Source of the DNA: Candidatus Thorarchaeota archaeon
GTDB taxonomy: Archaea; Asgardarchaeota; Thorarchaeia; Thorarchaeales; Thorarchaeaceae
Assembly: GCA_038893995.1 (NCBI GenBank)
Contig: JAWAQK010000002.1
Span: 45,367 to 109,366 of the forward strand
Reading direction: 5' to 3'
Length of the DNA stretch: 64,000 nucleotides
Shown here: positions 34,554-44,330 of the stretch, piece after piece
Position numbering within the stretch: the first letter of the stretch is position 1
How the letters are laid out: every line of letters starts with the position of its first letter
The notes under the pieces: model-generated
What the model was told of the DNA's origin: nothing
The model's database searches: none
What the model saw: the letters and a program-made list of their open reading frames with translations, nothing else
Position numbers and translations under genes: made by a program

Positions 34554-37292
34554 CTAATACAGATCTACGGGTACCCAGAATGAGTACCAATTGGTCATCA
34601 GTGTTGGCAGACCTGATTGGGTGTTCCTCCAGTACAGGAACTGGATCTGATAGTTCATTCCCGGTTTCATGGATAGATCCTGGGAGTCACGAGAGTTGAG
34701 TGGTATTATGTACTCAACGACTTTGTTTCCAGCACCGGACTCCGATGGGTTAATACCCGTGCTGTCCTGCTTCCAGGCGCCTCCTTCGACTGAGTAACCG
34801 TCATAGTGTGCCTGACCGTTGTAATTGACTGCATGGATATCCACGAAATCGGTTCTTCCGATCTGAGACAATTGGATACCGATTGCGTCATTGGCATAAT
34901 CGTAGTTCTCCATCTCAATCCCGATGTACATATGGGTCTCATTTGCCCTCATGTAGATGTCAGCATAGTGCCCCGCGCCGAATACTACGCTTCGCTTGGC
35001 AAATGTGCGCTCGGTAGCCCCGATTTGTCCATCCGCCTTGGCAAAGTGGAGAGATCCCTTCTCCGTCTTCCATTCCGCGCTGGTGCGATTCTGATATTGG
35101 TAGAGCATTGTGTAATCTATCTCGTATATCTTGACCAATCCGTATCGGTAACTGACAAAGACCGGCTTGAATGCACCGTGGAGAGTGGTCGGAATGTTAT
35201 TGACCCACCTGGTATCAGTTTCCTTCTCTATGTAGTACCTGTCGTATGCCAGTCGGTCACTTGACAGGGTTGTGCCCTGAGTTGACCTTGGTTCTTCAAA
35301 TAGCATCAGCTTATAGAGGGTCGAACGGAAGAATGCATCAAGTGTATACTCGTCCTCCTTTACGTCTGCCGTATTCGGATTGTCACCGAGGTAGATTGCA
35401 TCATCTATCTTACTTGATCCAAGTCTGTCCTCAGCTATGCGTACCATCCAGGGCCATTTTCCGTCATCTCCTCCCACTCCAGGGACACGATGTCCCCAGT
35501 ACACAAGGACATGAGTGGCATTCCAGATCTTGAACGTCTTCAGTGACTCGGTGAGGTTCAGCGCCATCAAGGCGTATCCCATCAGTGCTATTTGTGTGGA
35601 ATTATGCGTGGAGTTATCCACGATTGTACGGGCTCCGCCTGCGGTGCCAATCCAGTATCCGTAGTCCCACCAGGAAGCTATTGTTGCTGATGGTGGGAGC
35701 GTCCTGATGAACGTCATCGCAGTCTGCCAGTCTGTATGTGAAGAATCATATGCAAACTCAGGACGATTGGACGCGCTTGTGGCAAAACTGACGCCTGTGA
35801 AGACAGTCATTGAAAGCATTAGACCAACCACAAGGTATGCGGCGAGTGCATGTTCTGAAGTCAGAGCCGAGCTCACCCTGAACCTTCGTCTCTCGAAAAC
35901 TGATTTCTGGACGACTATTCTTGCAAAGGGTGCTAACACTCCATTGACCGCGACGGCACCCAATACGGCTGCTCCCACAGACAGAATCAGTGCTAGCCTT
36001 ATCATACTACCCGTAAAGTACACTGAGGAGATCCCGTAGAGCACTAGCAGGATGTCCTCGTCTCTTCGTCTCTTGAATAGGAAGTACATTCCCAGCGGCA
36101 TGAACAGGACAAGTACTGAGAGGTTGCTGTAGAAGCTTGACCACGGACTTGGAAGGTGTTCTGCAACTGATGCAAATATGCGTTGTTCCATCCTGAAGAA
36201 CGGGTTTACCACTGTGAGAAACTTTCCGCCGATGGTCAGGAATGGTGTGGACTCAAGTGTAGCTATCTGCAACCCGATGTTGCCTGTATAGACGAAGTAT
36301 CCTACCACTCCAATCGCCGACGTGATGGCTCCGAACAATATCGGACGCAAGTATGAACCAAACGCGTCCATTGCAGCTGCACGTTGCCCCGCCATCCTGA
36401 TCCAGATTTCATACCCAACCAGGAGTACTCCAATCCCAACAGGTACCATGAATGACACCGAGCTGATATCGGAGAATCCGTTGCGAGGAACCAAGTTGCC
36501 TATGAACAGCCCAAGTGCAATAGTGATTGTGTAGGTGGACAACAATCTCTGGCTGTATCTTCCAAAGAGTATCATCAAGAACGCATACAGTGCAAATAGG
36601 CTCACTAGGAAGTCAGCTGCACCCCATGATGCATTGAGGTACGCAATGGCAAGGCCTGCTCCTACTGCGGACAGTGTCGAGTTTCGTTTAAGCGACCTAA
36701 CAAACAGCCAAAGAGCCAGTACGATCGCAAAGACTCCTAAAGACTCGTTGTCAAAGAACCCGGCTATCGATCTCTGCATGTATGCAGGGAGAACCGCCAT
36801 GAAAAGGGCTGTGAGCATGCCGACTGTGTTGTTAGACGTCTCCCGTCCGAGAAAGAATGAGAGCAGAACAGTAATTGCTCCCATGATTGCTGGGAATACC
36901 AGTGCCACATAGGTGATACTCACCTCTATTCCCAACGCGTTGGCCAGATAGTACACAAATGCTCCCGTGAACGGTACACCCAGGTACGCTCTCTCCGCGA
37001 TCTGACGCCCAAATGGAACCCAGCTCGTGTCGTCATACCAGCTGAAGAAAGCCACATAGCCATGTTGAGCTACATACTCAACTAACTTCAGCTGGAACCA
37101 TGGGTCAAAGGCACGTGGAATTGGCTGGGACTGCATCAATGGATATAGCCGCATCATGAGTGCCAATATCAGAATCATTGGCATTGTCACTGCTACTATC
37201 ACAGTTCCACGGGTGATCTTTGCCTTTGGTCTATGAAAGACAAGCGACAGAAACTTTGATGCGGACTTCTTGAGTCTGCTGAGTTGGGGCAT
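34554..37292 (-). CDS. aglB: Oligosaccharyltransferase catalytic subunit STT3/AglB with extra C-terminal domain
   Basis: FDPWF, RSIAGFFDNE, SVAEH, WWDYG, DNSTHN, DDGKWPWMVRIA; multiple TM helices. Confidence 0.96.
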   Translation of the reverse strand: MPQLSRLKKSASKFLSLVFHRPKAKITRGTVIVAVTMPMILILALMMRLYPLMQSQPIPRAFDPWFQLKLVEYVAQHGYVAFFSWYDDTSWVPFGRQIAERAYLGVPFTGAFVYYLANALGIEVSITYVALVFPAIMGAITVLLSFFLGRETSNNTVGMLTALFMAVLPAYMQRSIAGFFDNESLGVFAIVLALWLFVRSLKRNSTLSAVGAGLAIAYLNASWGAADFLVSLFALYAFLMILFGRYSQRLLSTYTITIALGLFIGNLVPRNGFSDISSVSFMVPVGIGVLLVGYEIWIRMAGQRAAAMDAFGSYLRPILFGAITSAIGVVGYFVYTGNIGLQIATLESTPFLTIGGKFLTVVNPFFRMEQRIFASVAEHLPSPWSSFYSNLSVLVLFMPLGMYFLFKRRRDEDILLVLYGISSVYFTGSMIRLALILSVGAAVLGAVAVNGVLAPFARIVVQKSVFERRRFRVSSALTSEHALAAYLVVGLMLSMTVFTGVSFATSASNRPEFAYDSSHTDWQTAMTFIRTLPPSATIASWWDYGYWIGTAGGARTIVDNSTHNSTQIALMGYALMALNLTESLKTFKIWNATHVLVYWGHRVPGVGGDDGKWPWMVRIAEDRLGSSKIDDAIYLGDNPNTADVKEDEYTLDAFFRSTLYKLMLFEEPRSTQGTTLSSDRLAYDRYYIEKETDTRWVNNIPTTLHGAFKPVFVSYRYGLVKIYEIDYTMLYQYQNRTSAEWKTEKGSLHFAKADGQIGATERTFAKRSVVFGAGHYADIYMRANETHMYIGIEMENYDYANDAIGIQLSQIGRTDFVDIHAVNYNGQAHYDGYSVEGGAWKQDSTGINPSESGAGNKVVEYIIPLNSRDSQDLSMKPGMNYQIQFLYWRNTQSGLPTLMTNWYSFWVPVDLY

Positions 37293-37421
37293 TCAGTACC
37301 GCTTCTCCCTTAGGTTGGGTTGTGCATCGTGCCCCCAGTAGCGCTAAAAAGATTACGTTCGGCCTAGGCATGTACAGCTTCGTCCCCCGATGGAGGGACA
37401 GGCAGTACGTCGCCTGCGACC

Positions 37422-37835
37422 CTAGAGCGACTTGATGTAATCGGCGTACTCCGTGTCGTTCATGAGCTTCTTCAAATCTGGATCCAGCGACGAGGGTTTC
37501 ATCTTGAACAACCATCCCGCACCATAAGGATCTTCGTTGACGATCTCGGGCGATTTCTCAAGGTTCTTGTTGACCTCTATCACTGTTCCAGAGATAGGTG
37601 AGAAGACATCTGAAGAGGCCTTCATGGATTCGACCAGGCCGCATGGGGCGCCTGCCTTCAGTTCTGTACCCACTTCACTTACCTCCACGAAAGTTATCTC
37701 GTGGAGCGCATTCTGTGCGTAGTCTGTAATTCCGACTATGACCACATCACCCTCGACCCGTGCCCATTCGTGGTCTTTCGTGTAGTATAGCCCGGGTACG
37801 ACCCTTTTCCCATCAGTCATTGAATACACCACCAA
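37422..37835 (-). CDS. gcvH: Glycine cleavage system H protein
   Basis: YTKDHEW, GITDYAQ, VESMKA (lipoyl Lys), NEDPYG.GW; ATG at 37820 is the likely start. Confidence 0.96.
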   Translation of the reverse strand: MVVYSMTDGKRVVPGLYYTKDHEWARVEGDVVIVGITDYAQNALHEITFVEVSEVGTELKAGAPCGLVESMKASSDVFSPISGTVIEVNKNLEKSPEIVNEDPYGAGWLFKMKPSSLDPDLKKLMNDTEYADYIKSL

Positions 37836-37874
37836 CTTCCCGCATTGTTCGTGCTTAAATGAATTCCTTCTCGA

Positions 37875-39014
37875 CTACTGCTGCACCCTGTCTTCTCCGT
37901 ACCTTCTCGTGTCGTAGAATGGCCAATCAACTACTCTCGCCTTTCTCACCCGACCCTTTATGTCTATCCCGACCTCGGCTCCTGTACTGACAGTATCAGG
38001 TTTGACGTATGCCATTCCAATGCCGTTCTCAAGAGTTGGCGAGAGGCCACCGCTTGTCACCTCCCCAATCTGAGTGTCATCCAATAGGACCGCATAATGC
38101 TGGCGCGGAATTCCTCTCTCTATCATTACTAACCCTATTCGTGTTTTCTTCCCTCCTTTCTCCTTGTGCTGCCTAACAATGTCGTATCCAATGTAGTGGG
38201 GTTCGACCTTGAATTTCACAGCGTAGGCTATTCGCGCCTCAATGGGGGAGGTGTCCTCATCGAGTTCATGGCCGTAGAGCACGAATCCCGCTTCCAGTCG
38301 GGTTGAGTCTCTTGCTCCCAGTCCACACGGCTTTACTCCAAACTCGGCACCCTGGTGAAGTAGTTCCTCCCAGAATGATATCGCCTTATTCTTACCCTCG
38401 GCGGTCATTGGCGTGTCGAGAAGGAGGATCTCGCCCCCTGCTTCTCCTGTGTAACCCGTCCTGCACAGATAACAGTCGTAGCCCGCCAGCTTCAACCGGT
38501 GGCAGCTGAATCGTGGAAACTCACTCACATCTCTACCCGCGAGCCTGGACAGTAGTTCTAGTGCTCTGGGTCCCTGAACGGCAATCATGCTGACCTCTGC
38601 AGATCTATCAATGACCTGCACATTGAAACCTCTTGAATGGTCGATCATGTGTCTGTAGATCTTTGGCCCGTTTGATGCATTTGTGACCCATATGTATTCC
38701 AGATCTCCCACACGGTATAACAACAGGTCGTCCATTACCCCCCCTCTCTCGTTTAGGCAGGTAGAATAGTGCCCCTCCCCTACTTGCAGCTTGGTCACGT
38801 TATTTGTGGTCAGAGTTTGGAGAAACTCCGCAGATTGCGGACCGCTGACAAAGAATCGGGACATATGACTGGTGTCGAATATACCTACACTGTTGCGGAC
38901 CGCCATGTGCTCTTCCCGGATGTCTGTGTAACGGACCGGCATTTCCCATCCGGCGAATTCTACCATGTCGGCATTGTTCACATGCCAGTCGTAGAGTTGT
39001 GTTCTCATAGGCAT
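37875..39014 (-). CDS. gcvT: Glycine cleavage system T protein (aminomethyltransferase)
   Basis: FAGWEMP, FDTSHM, AVQGP, RTGYTGE, GLGARDSTRLEAG. Confidence 0.96.
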   Translation of the reverse strand: MPMRTQLYDWHVNNADMVEFAGWEMPVRYTDIREEHMAVRNSVGIFDTSHMSRFFVSGPQSAEFLQTLTTNNVTKLQVGEGHYSTCLNERGGVMDDLLLYRVGDLEYIWVTNASNGPKIYRHMIDHSRGFNVQVIDRSAEVSMIAVQGPRALELLSRLAGRDVSEFPRFSCHRLKLAGYDCYLCRTGYTGEAGGEILLLDTPMTAEGKNKAISFWEELLHQGAEFGVKPCGLGARDSTRLEAGFVLYGHELDEDTSPIEARIAYAVKFKVEPHYIGYDIVRQHKEKGGKKTRIGLVMIERGIPRQHYAVLLDDTQIGEVTSGGLSPTLENGIGMAYVKPDTVSTGAEVGIDIKGRVRKARVVDWPFYDTRRYGEDRVQQ

Positions 39015-39093
39015 TCATAGTCACCTTTATGATGGTTGTTCAATCATAGAACCGCAGCTGTGCCTCAAAACAGCGACTGACGAGGCATGTCAT

Positions 39094-40305
39094 TTGGTAC
39101 TGTATAGGACAGTCACGATAAGGAAGCTCAGCTGTGGCCATGGACATGGCCCCCGTGTGATGGGCATCATGAATCTTTCGCCAGAGTCGTTCTATAAGGG
39201 TTCTGTATACTCCGACTCAGAGTCTATAGAAACAGCAGTCAGACGCATGGAGACGGAAGGCGCTGACATCATAGATGTTGGTGCCGCCTCTTCTGCTCCA
39301 GTCAACATCTATGCCACCTCCCCGATTTCCGGGGAACTGGAGGCAAGTAGAATTGAAGAAGCATTCCCCCGAATTAGGCAGCTGACGGAACTTCCAATAT
39401 CTATTGATACCACATCTTCCCGGGTTGCCAGGATCGCACTCGACCTCGGTGCAGACATGGTGAACGATGTGTCTGGACTCAGGGATGACCCAGAGATGGC
39501 ATTACTTATTGCAGACAGAGGTGTTCCTGTGGTGATCATGTCACGCTGCTCACCGCCATGTCATAGTCTTAATCAGGCACTGGAGGCGCTTTGTGAAAGC
39601 ATTCGAATCGCAGGAGACGCAGGCATACACGACGATCGCATCATCGTTGACCCGGGTATCGGCTTCGGAAAGCCTGCGGCGGTAGACCTCGACCTCGTGA
39701 AGTCTTTGGGCTCCTTCAAGATGCTTGGATATCCTCTCCTCGTAGGATTATCGAGAAAGGCATTTCTCGGTAGCATTGCCTGTTCATCGAGTCCAGATGA
39801 ACGTCTCACTGAAACCATTGCAGCAACTGCCATCTCTGTGGCCTATGGTGCTGACATAGTCAGGTCACACGATGTTGCAGAAGCAAGAAAGGCAGTAAGA
39901 GTTGGTGCAGCACTGGCAACACATTCTCACCTCACTTCGGGAAGTGTCGAGCTTGTAGATGCGCTCGACGAACAAGAGGCATCCGTCCTGTTGAAGAGGA
40001 TTGGTGTGTCTCCCGAGGTGGTGCCGGCGCTGTCAAAAAAGTGCTCCACACTGAATGTCCTGGTATCTGGTGTGACTCCTTCTGCAGGTGTCGTGATGAA
40101 GCAGGAGATGCTGGCCGTAGGGGGGGACGCTGCCTATCACCATGGAACCATCGATCATTCAGTGGATTGCACAGATGTCCTTGTGATGGGTAATCGCCTT
40201 CAACTCAGCAAGCTGGCGAAGAGGCTTCTGAAGATGACGTACTTCGGGCTGGACCGGATTGGTCGCGAGATTGCGGATGTTCTTGATGTCCACATCCAAA
40301 AGTGA
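39094..40305 (+). CDS. folP: Dihydropteroate synthase with C-terminal accessory domain
   Basis: VMGIMNLSPESF, IDVGA, SIDT, NDVSG, DPGIGFGK, GLSRK, RSHDV. Confidence 0.92.
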   Translation: MVLYRTVTIRKLSCGHGHGPRVMGIMNLSPESFYKGSVYSDSESIETAVRRMETEGADIIDVGAASSAPVNIYATSPISGELEASRIEEAFPRIRQLTELPISIDTTSSRVARIALDLGADMVNDVSGLRDDPEMALLIADRGVPVVIMSRCSPPCHSLNQALEALCESIRIAGDAGIHDDRIIVDPGIGFGKPAAVDLDLVKSLGSFKMLGYPLLVGLSRKAFLGSIACSSSPDERLTETIAATAISVAYGADIVRSHDVAEARKAVRVGAALATHSHLTSGSVELVDALDEQEASVLLKRIGVSPEVVPALSKKCSTLNVLVSGVTPSAGVVMKQEMLAVGGDAAYHHGTIDHSVDCTDVLVMGNRLQLSKLAKRLLKMTYFGLDRIGREIADVLDVHIQK

Positions 40306-40317
40306 GGTGACCTCCTG

Positions 40318-41016
40318 ATGAGGTGGTCCGAGTGGGAACCAACATATCGTGCCATTGCGAGGCGCCTTTCGCTTGACGTCTCTCTTGACTTCAAGGCTAC
40401 TGAGATGCTGACTCAGATCCTCGCAGACCAGAGGCCAAGACGGGAATTTGAACATCTCAAACATATCATGACCGACAGAGATGTCGTCATATGTGGTGCT
40501 GGTCCCTCGCTTGACGACCATATTGAAACATTGCGGGCCAAGTCTGATCTCGAAAACTACACGATTGTGGCCGCAGATGGAGCTTACAGAGGCCTCCTTT
40601 CCCATGGTGTGAGGTGTGACCTGATCGTCACCGACTTGGACGGAATTGATATTCTGCATCCACCTGAGTCACTTGTCATCGTTCATGCACACGGCGACAA
40701 CATGCCTCTTCTGGAAAGATTTGTTTCCCAATTGGGGTTTGTCCTGGGTAGCACACAGGTGAAGCCCACTCCTCGAGTACACCTTTGGGGAGGCTTCACA
40801 GATGGAGACCGCGCCTGTCACATCGTCGCACACTACCGTCCCCGACGAATCATACTTGCAGGAATGGACTTTGGAGTAACCGTTGGCCGTTGGTCCAAAC
40901 CTGAGTTTGATCGGCCTCATCCTGCAAGCCGACGAAAGCAGATCAAGCTCGAGATCGCGAAGCAGTTGGTTCAAAGGGTTCTTTCTACCAGTAACGTAGC
41001 ATTCACCTTTCTCTGA
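40318..41016 (+). CDS. mptE: 6-hydroxymethyl-7,8-dihydropterin pyrophosphokinase (MptE/DUF115)
   Basis: GAGPSL, AADGA, VTDLDG, HAHGDN, GGFTDGDRA, GMDFG. Confidence 0.9.
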   Translation: MRWSEWEPTYRAIARRLSLDVSLDFKATEMLTQILADQRPRREFEHLKHIMTDRDVVICGAGPSLDDHIETLRAKSDLENYTIVAADGAYRGLLSHGVRCDLIVTDLDGIDILHPPESLVIVHAHGDNMPLLERFVSQLGFVLGSTQVKPTPRVHLWGGFTDGDRACHIVAHYRPRRIILAGMDFGVTVGRWSKPEFDRPHPASRRKQIKLEIAKQLVQRVLSTSNVAFTFL

Positions 41017-41064
41017 CGAGTGCACCAGGATGATTTCAGAAGATTCGTTTAGGTTCGGCGAGGT

Positions 41065-41481
41065 TCAACCATAGGCCGTCTTGAGGCTCATGAGGTACAT
41101 CATTAGGACCACGGTGATACCGAGCATTAGGATTGCGATGAGCATGTACCGTGTAGCTCGGCCTGGTTGGAATACAAGTCTTGACGCATGATATAGCAAA
41201 CCAAGGCCTAGCGATCCAAAGAATACAAGGACCGCCACAACAAATCCCTCAAGTCCAAGCTGGAAGTCCGGCGTGGGGTATACTACCACCGGTCCACTCG
41301 ATCCACTGACGACCGCTGGTGGAGTCTTCACCAATGCAAAGATGTTTCCTCCAACTACAAACACGTACAGAACGAATATGAACCCAAAGATGACCATGTC
41401 TGGAGGTCGCGATACAGTCCCCAGTTTGGGTCGTTTCAGATTCAGCCTTGGTCTTACTATGAATCGTGGCCACCATGGCAT
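41065..41481 (-). CDS. OSTC/DC2-like (OST3/OST6 family) three-TM membrane protein
   Basis: PRLNLKRPK, TM1 ending GG.IF....PP, Q...EG, G.LG, C-terminal M.LK; 138 aa, no thioredoxin domain. Confidence 0.75.
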   Translation of the reverse strand: MPWWPRFIVRPRLNLKRPKLGTVSRPPDMVIFGFIFVLYVFVVGGNIFALVKTPPAVVSGSSGPVVVYPTPDFQLGLEGFVVAVLVFFGSLGLGLLYHASRLVFQPGRATRYMLIAILMLGITVVLMMYLMSLKTAYG

Positions 41482-41568
41482 CTCCGAATGCCTCGAAGTG
41501 CGCCTTCATGAGGACGCTTTTAAGAATATCGCGAAGACTCGTCGCAAACTGTCACGGAGGAAATCTTC

Positions 41569-43683
41569 TTGTCGAGGACCCTGGTGATCTCTGAGAAACC
41601 ATCGGCTGCGAGGCAAATTGCATACTCCCTCGACCAGTACAACTCTCCCCGTAAGATCATCAGGGGTGGTGTATCGTACTACGAATGTAGACGTGACAGT
41701 GACATAGTCATCGTCGTCTATACATCGGGCCACCTGCTCGGATTGAAACAGAGAGAGCAGGGATGGTCTTACCCACGGATGGACGCAGAGTGGGTACCGA
41801 TATACGCCCTGGATCGAAGGGCTTCAAGGGCCCGGGCCATTATCAACCTGATACAAGGCCTCTCTAAGGAAATTGATCAGATCGTTGTGGCAACAGACTA
41901 TGACATGGAGGGGAGCTTGATCGGATACCTGACCGCAGTATATGTCTGTAATGCCGACCCTCGCAACACGAAGAGAATGAAGTTTTCATCTCTGACGAGA
42001 GAAGAGATTCTTAGCGCGTACAATTTCGCCTCTCCCTCCCTCGATCTCTCAACCATCAGGGCCGCCATTGTACGTCATTACGTCGACTGGCTATATGGCA
42101 TAAACATGACACGTGCATTGACTCTTGCGCTCAAGAGGGTTTCTGGCAATTTCAAGATACTCTCAACAGGTCGAGTACAGGGGCCCGCCCTTGCATTGGT
42201 TGCCTCTCGCGAGCAGGCCATCAATACTTTCGTTCCTAGTCCTCGTTGGAAACTCCTGGTCCTGGGGGATGTCTGTGGACAAGAGATACAGCTTCAGTAC
42301 AACGGTCAGATCGAAACACTCGATGAAATGCTAAAGATAATCGAAAAGCTCGATAGCTCGGGCTCCATCGTGCATGTGGACCAAAGACTGGCTCACATCC
42401 CCCCACCTCCACCGTTCAATCTCAGTACACTTCAGTCAGAGGCATTCCGACTCCTCGGGATTAGACCTAGTAAGACCCTTGAACTGGCGGAAAGTCTGTA
42501 TCTTGATGCATTGATCTCCTATCCTCGCACAGACAGCCAGCAGATACCTACAACAATTGACCTGAGCGAGATACTGACTGACCTCGGTAGGAACAATGCA
42601 TATGCTCCATTGGTGCAGACGATCCTTGGCAGGGGAGGTCCGAGGCTGAGACCGGGACCCAGAACCGATCCTGCTCACCCTGCAATTCATCCGACGGGCA
42701 AGCTCCCATCCCGACGTCTGCATGGGCTCAAGGCTGACGTATATGACCTGGTGGTTAGAAGGTTCCTCTGTGCTCTTGACGAAGAGTCTGTGAAACAGAT
42801 GATACGGGCCGATGTGAATATCGGCGGTCTTGTCTTGAGTACATGGAGCGAGCAGTTGCTGAAAAGAGGCTGGCAGAGCATCTATCTACCTGGAACGGCA
42901 CGCGAGAATCGGGTGCTTCCACCTCTGAGCGAGGGCATGCATGTCAGAGTACTGTCGGTGATGTGCGAGAGGCTTGTGACCCATCCTCCCGCCAGATACA
43001 GTCCCTCTACTCTTGTCAAGGCACTTGAAAGCAATGGACTGGGCACAAAGGGCACAAGGGCTGACATTGTTGATTGTCTGCTGTTGCGTGGGTACGTGCT
43101 AGATGACAAGTACCACATGTCAGCTCTGGGTCATGCCCTCTTCGAAGCCCTCCTAGAGTACATTCCAGAGCTTCTGTCAACCAGTCTGACAAGGGCTCTT
43201 GAGGAGAAAATGGCCGAGATCCGAATCAATCAACAGAACTGTGACGCGGTCATCAGGGAAGCAAAGGACCATTTACTTAGACTACTAGCTGAGTTGAAAC
43301 TGAGAGAACAGGAGATAGGTACACTCCTGGCAGAGGCTCTGAGTATGTGTTGGGACGATCATGAGAGTTTCGGAAACTGCCCCAGGTGCGGCGTTGGTAT
43401 CCTTAAGCTTGTACGATCGGGGTCAAAGTCCTTGGTCAAGTGTTCGGGTCAATCGGACGGAACCTGCGACCTGACGTTTCCAATGCCACGGAGAGGTCAT
43501 ATCATCCCAACCGGTCGGGTATGCAACTTCTGCAACACTCCAATTGTGCAGGTCGTGTCTGGTCGCAGAACCTGGGAAACTTGTGTGGGATGGGTACAGT
43601 GTCCCGGTCGTCAGATCGAGTGTGATAACGTCACTGAAAAAAGTCCGAAGAAACGGACTGTGAAAGGTCGGAATACTAAATGA
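41569..43683 (+). CDS. topA: DNA topoisomerase type IA
   Basis: ISEKPS, GHL, ATDYDMEG, STGRVQ, ISYPRTDS (catalytic Tyr), AHPAIHPT, GLGTKGTR, C-terminal Zn ribbons. Confidence 0.95.
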   Translation: MSRTLVISEKPSAARQIAYSLDQYNSPRKIIRGGVSYYECRRDSDIVIVVYTSGHLLGLKQREQGWSYPRMDAEWVPIYALDRRASRARAIINLIQGLSKEIDQIVVATDYDMEGSLIGYLTAVYVCNADPRNTKRMKFSSLTREEILSAYNFASPSLDLSTIRAAIVRHYVDWLYGINMTRALTLALKRVSGNFKILSTGRVQGPALALVASREQAINTFVPSPRWKLLVLGDVCGQEIQLQYNGQIETLDEMLKIIEKLDSSGSIVHVDQRLAHIPPPPPFNLSTLQSEAFRLLGIRPSKTLELAESLYLDALISYPRTDSQQIPTTIDLSEILTDLGRNNAYAPLVQTILGRGGPRLRPGPRTDPAHPAIHPTGKLPSRRLHGLKADVYDLVVRRFLCALDEESVKQMIRADVNIGGLVLSTWSEQLLKRGWQSIYLPGTARENRVLPPLSEGMHVRVLSVMCERLVTHPPARYSPSTLVKALESNGLGTKGTRADIVDCLLLRGYVLDDKYHMSALGHALFEALLEYIPELLSTSLTRALEEKMAEIRINQQNCDAVIREAKDHLLRLLAELKLREQEIGTLLAEALSMCWDDHESFGNCPRCGVGILKLVRSGSKSLVKCSGQSDGTCDLTFPMPRRGHIIPTGRVCNFCNTPIVQVVSGRRTWETCVGWVQCPGRQIECDNVTEKSPKKRTVKGRNTK

Positions 43684-43901
43684 GCCGATGCACAATATGC
43701 GGTAGAAGGTCCGTGCATGAACGACCTCTGTGTCGGTATCACAGTGCAGCCTACGACATCATTGAACGCAAGTTCAACGAATGGAAATGTGCCACGGGCT
43801 GCTCGTGGACGGAATACATCGATGAACTCCTTGAGATGGAGGAGACTGGAATATGGGTGCGAGATGTGCTGGACTGGATCAAGTCACAAAGTGATTCTTG
43901 A
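43680..43901 (+). CDS. Small CCCH-type zinc-binding hypothetical protein, translationally coupled to topA
   Basis: CTIC...CRYH followed by a Trp-rich helical tail; ATGA overlap. Confidence 0.65.
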   Translation: MSRCTICGRRSVHERPLCRYHSAAYDIIERKFNEWKCATGCSWTEYIDELLEMEETGIWVRDVLDWIKSQSDS

Positions 43902-44226
43902 GCACATGAGACGCCTCTAACATCGTCTGCCGATCCATGTCTTTGACAGACATTATCAACATGCACATGGAGCCAGTCCATGCAGATACTCTCTCTGCCA
44001 ATGCTCGCGCAATCATTATGTCTTGGCCTGTTCCAGACATCGCTGTGGATGTGGGTTCACGTTGACCCGGCTTTGATGGGACAGAGAAAACAGTTGCTCC
44101 AAAACGGAACGTTTCAGTGTCTGATATCATGACAAGCAGTCCATTGTCCATCCGGATGACCCTGAAGAACAGCGTCTTGCCTGTTGGGGTGTTCTCACTG
44201 AATTCTTGAATGCTTTGTAGGTCCAT
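43879..44226 (-). CDS. Proteasome assembly chaperone PAC3/PAC4-like protein
   Basis: FS, F.V.R, P.ST...G, LA.R...T pattern and 115-aa size resemble PSMG4 as remembered. Confidence 0.6.
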   Translation of the reverse strand: MDLQSIQEFSENTPTGKTLFFRVIRMDNGLLVMISDTETFRFGATVFSVPSKPGQREPTSTAMSGTGQDIMIARALAERVSAWTGSMCMLIMSVKDMDRQTMLEASHVLKNHFVT

Positions 44227-44330
44227 TGAGATTGCTTTCCTGTCGTAGAATAAATCGTTGTTGGGACCGTTACGCGAGACAACACGGAATCAACATCATT
44301 ATCTGCGTATATGCTCCCTCGCCCTGAAAG

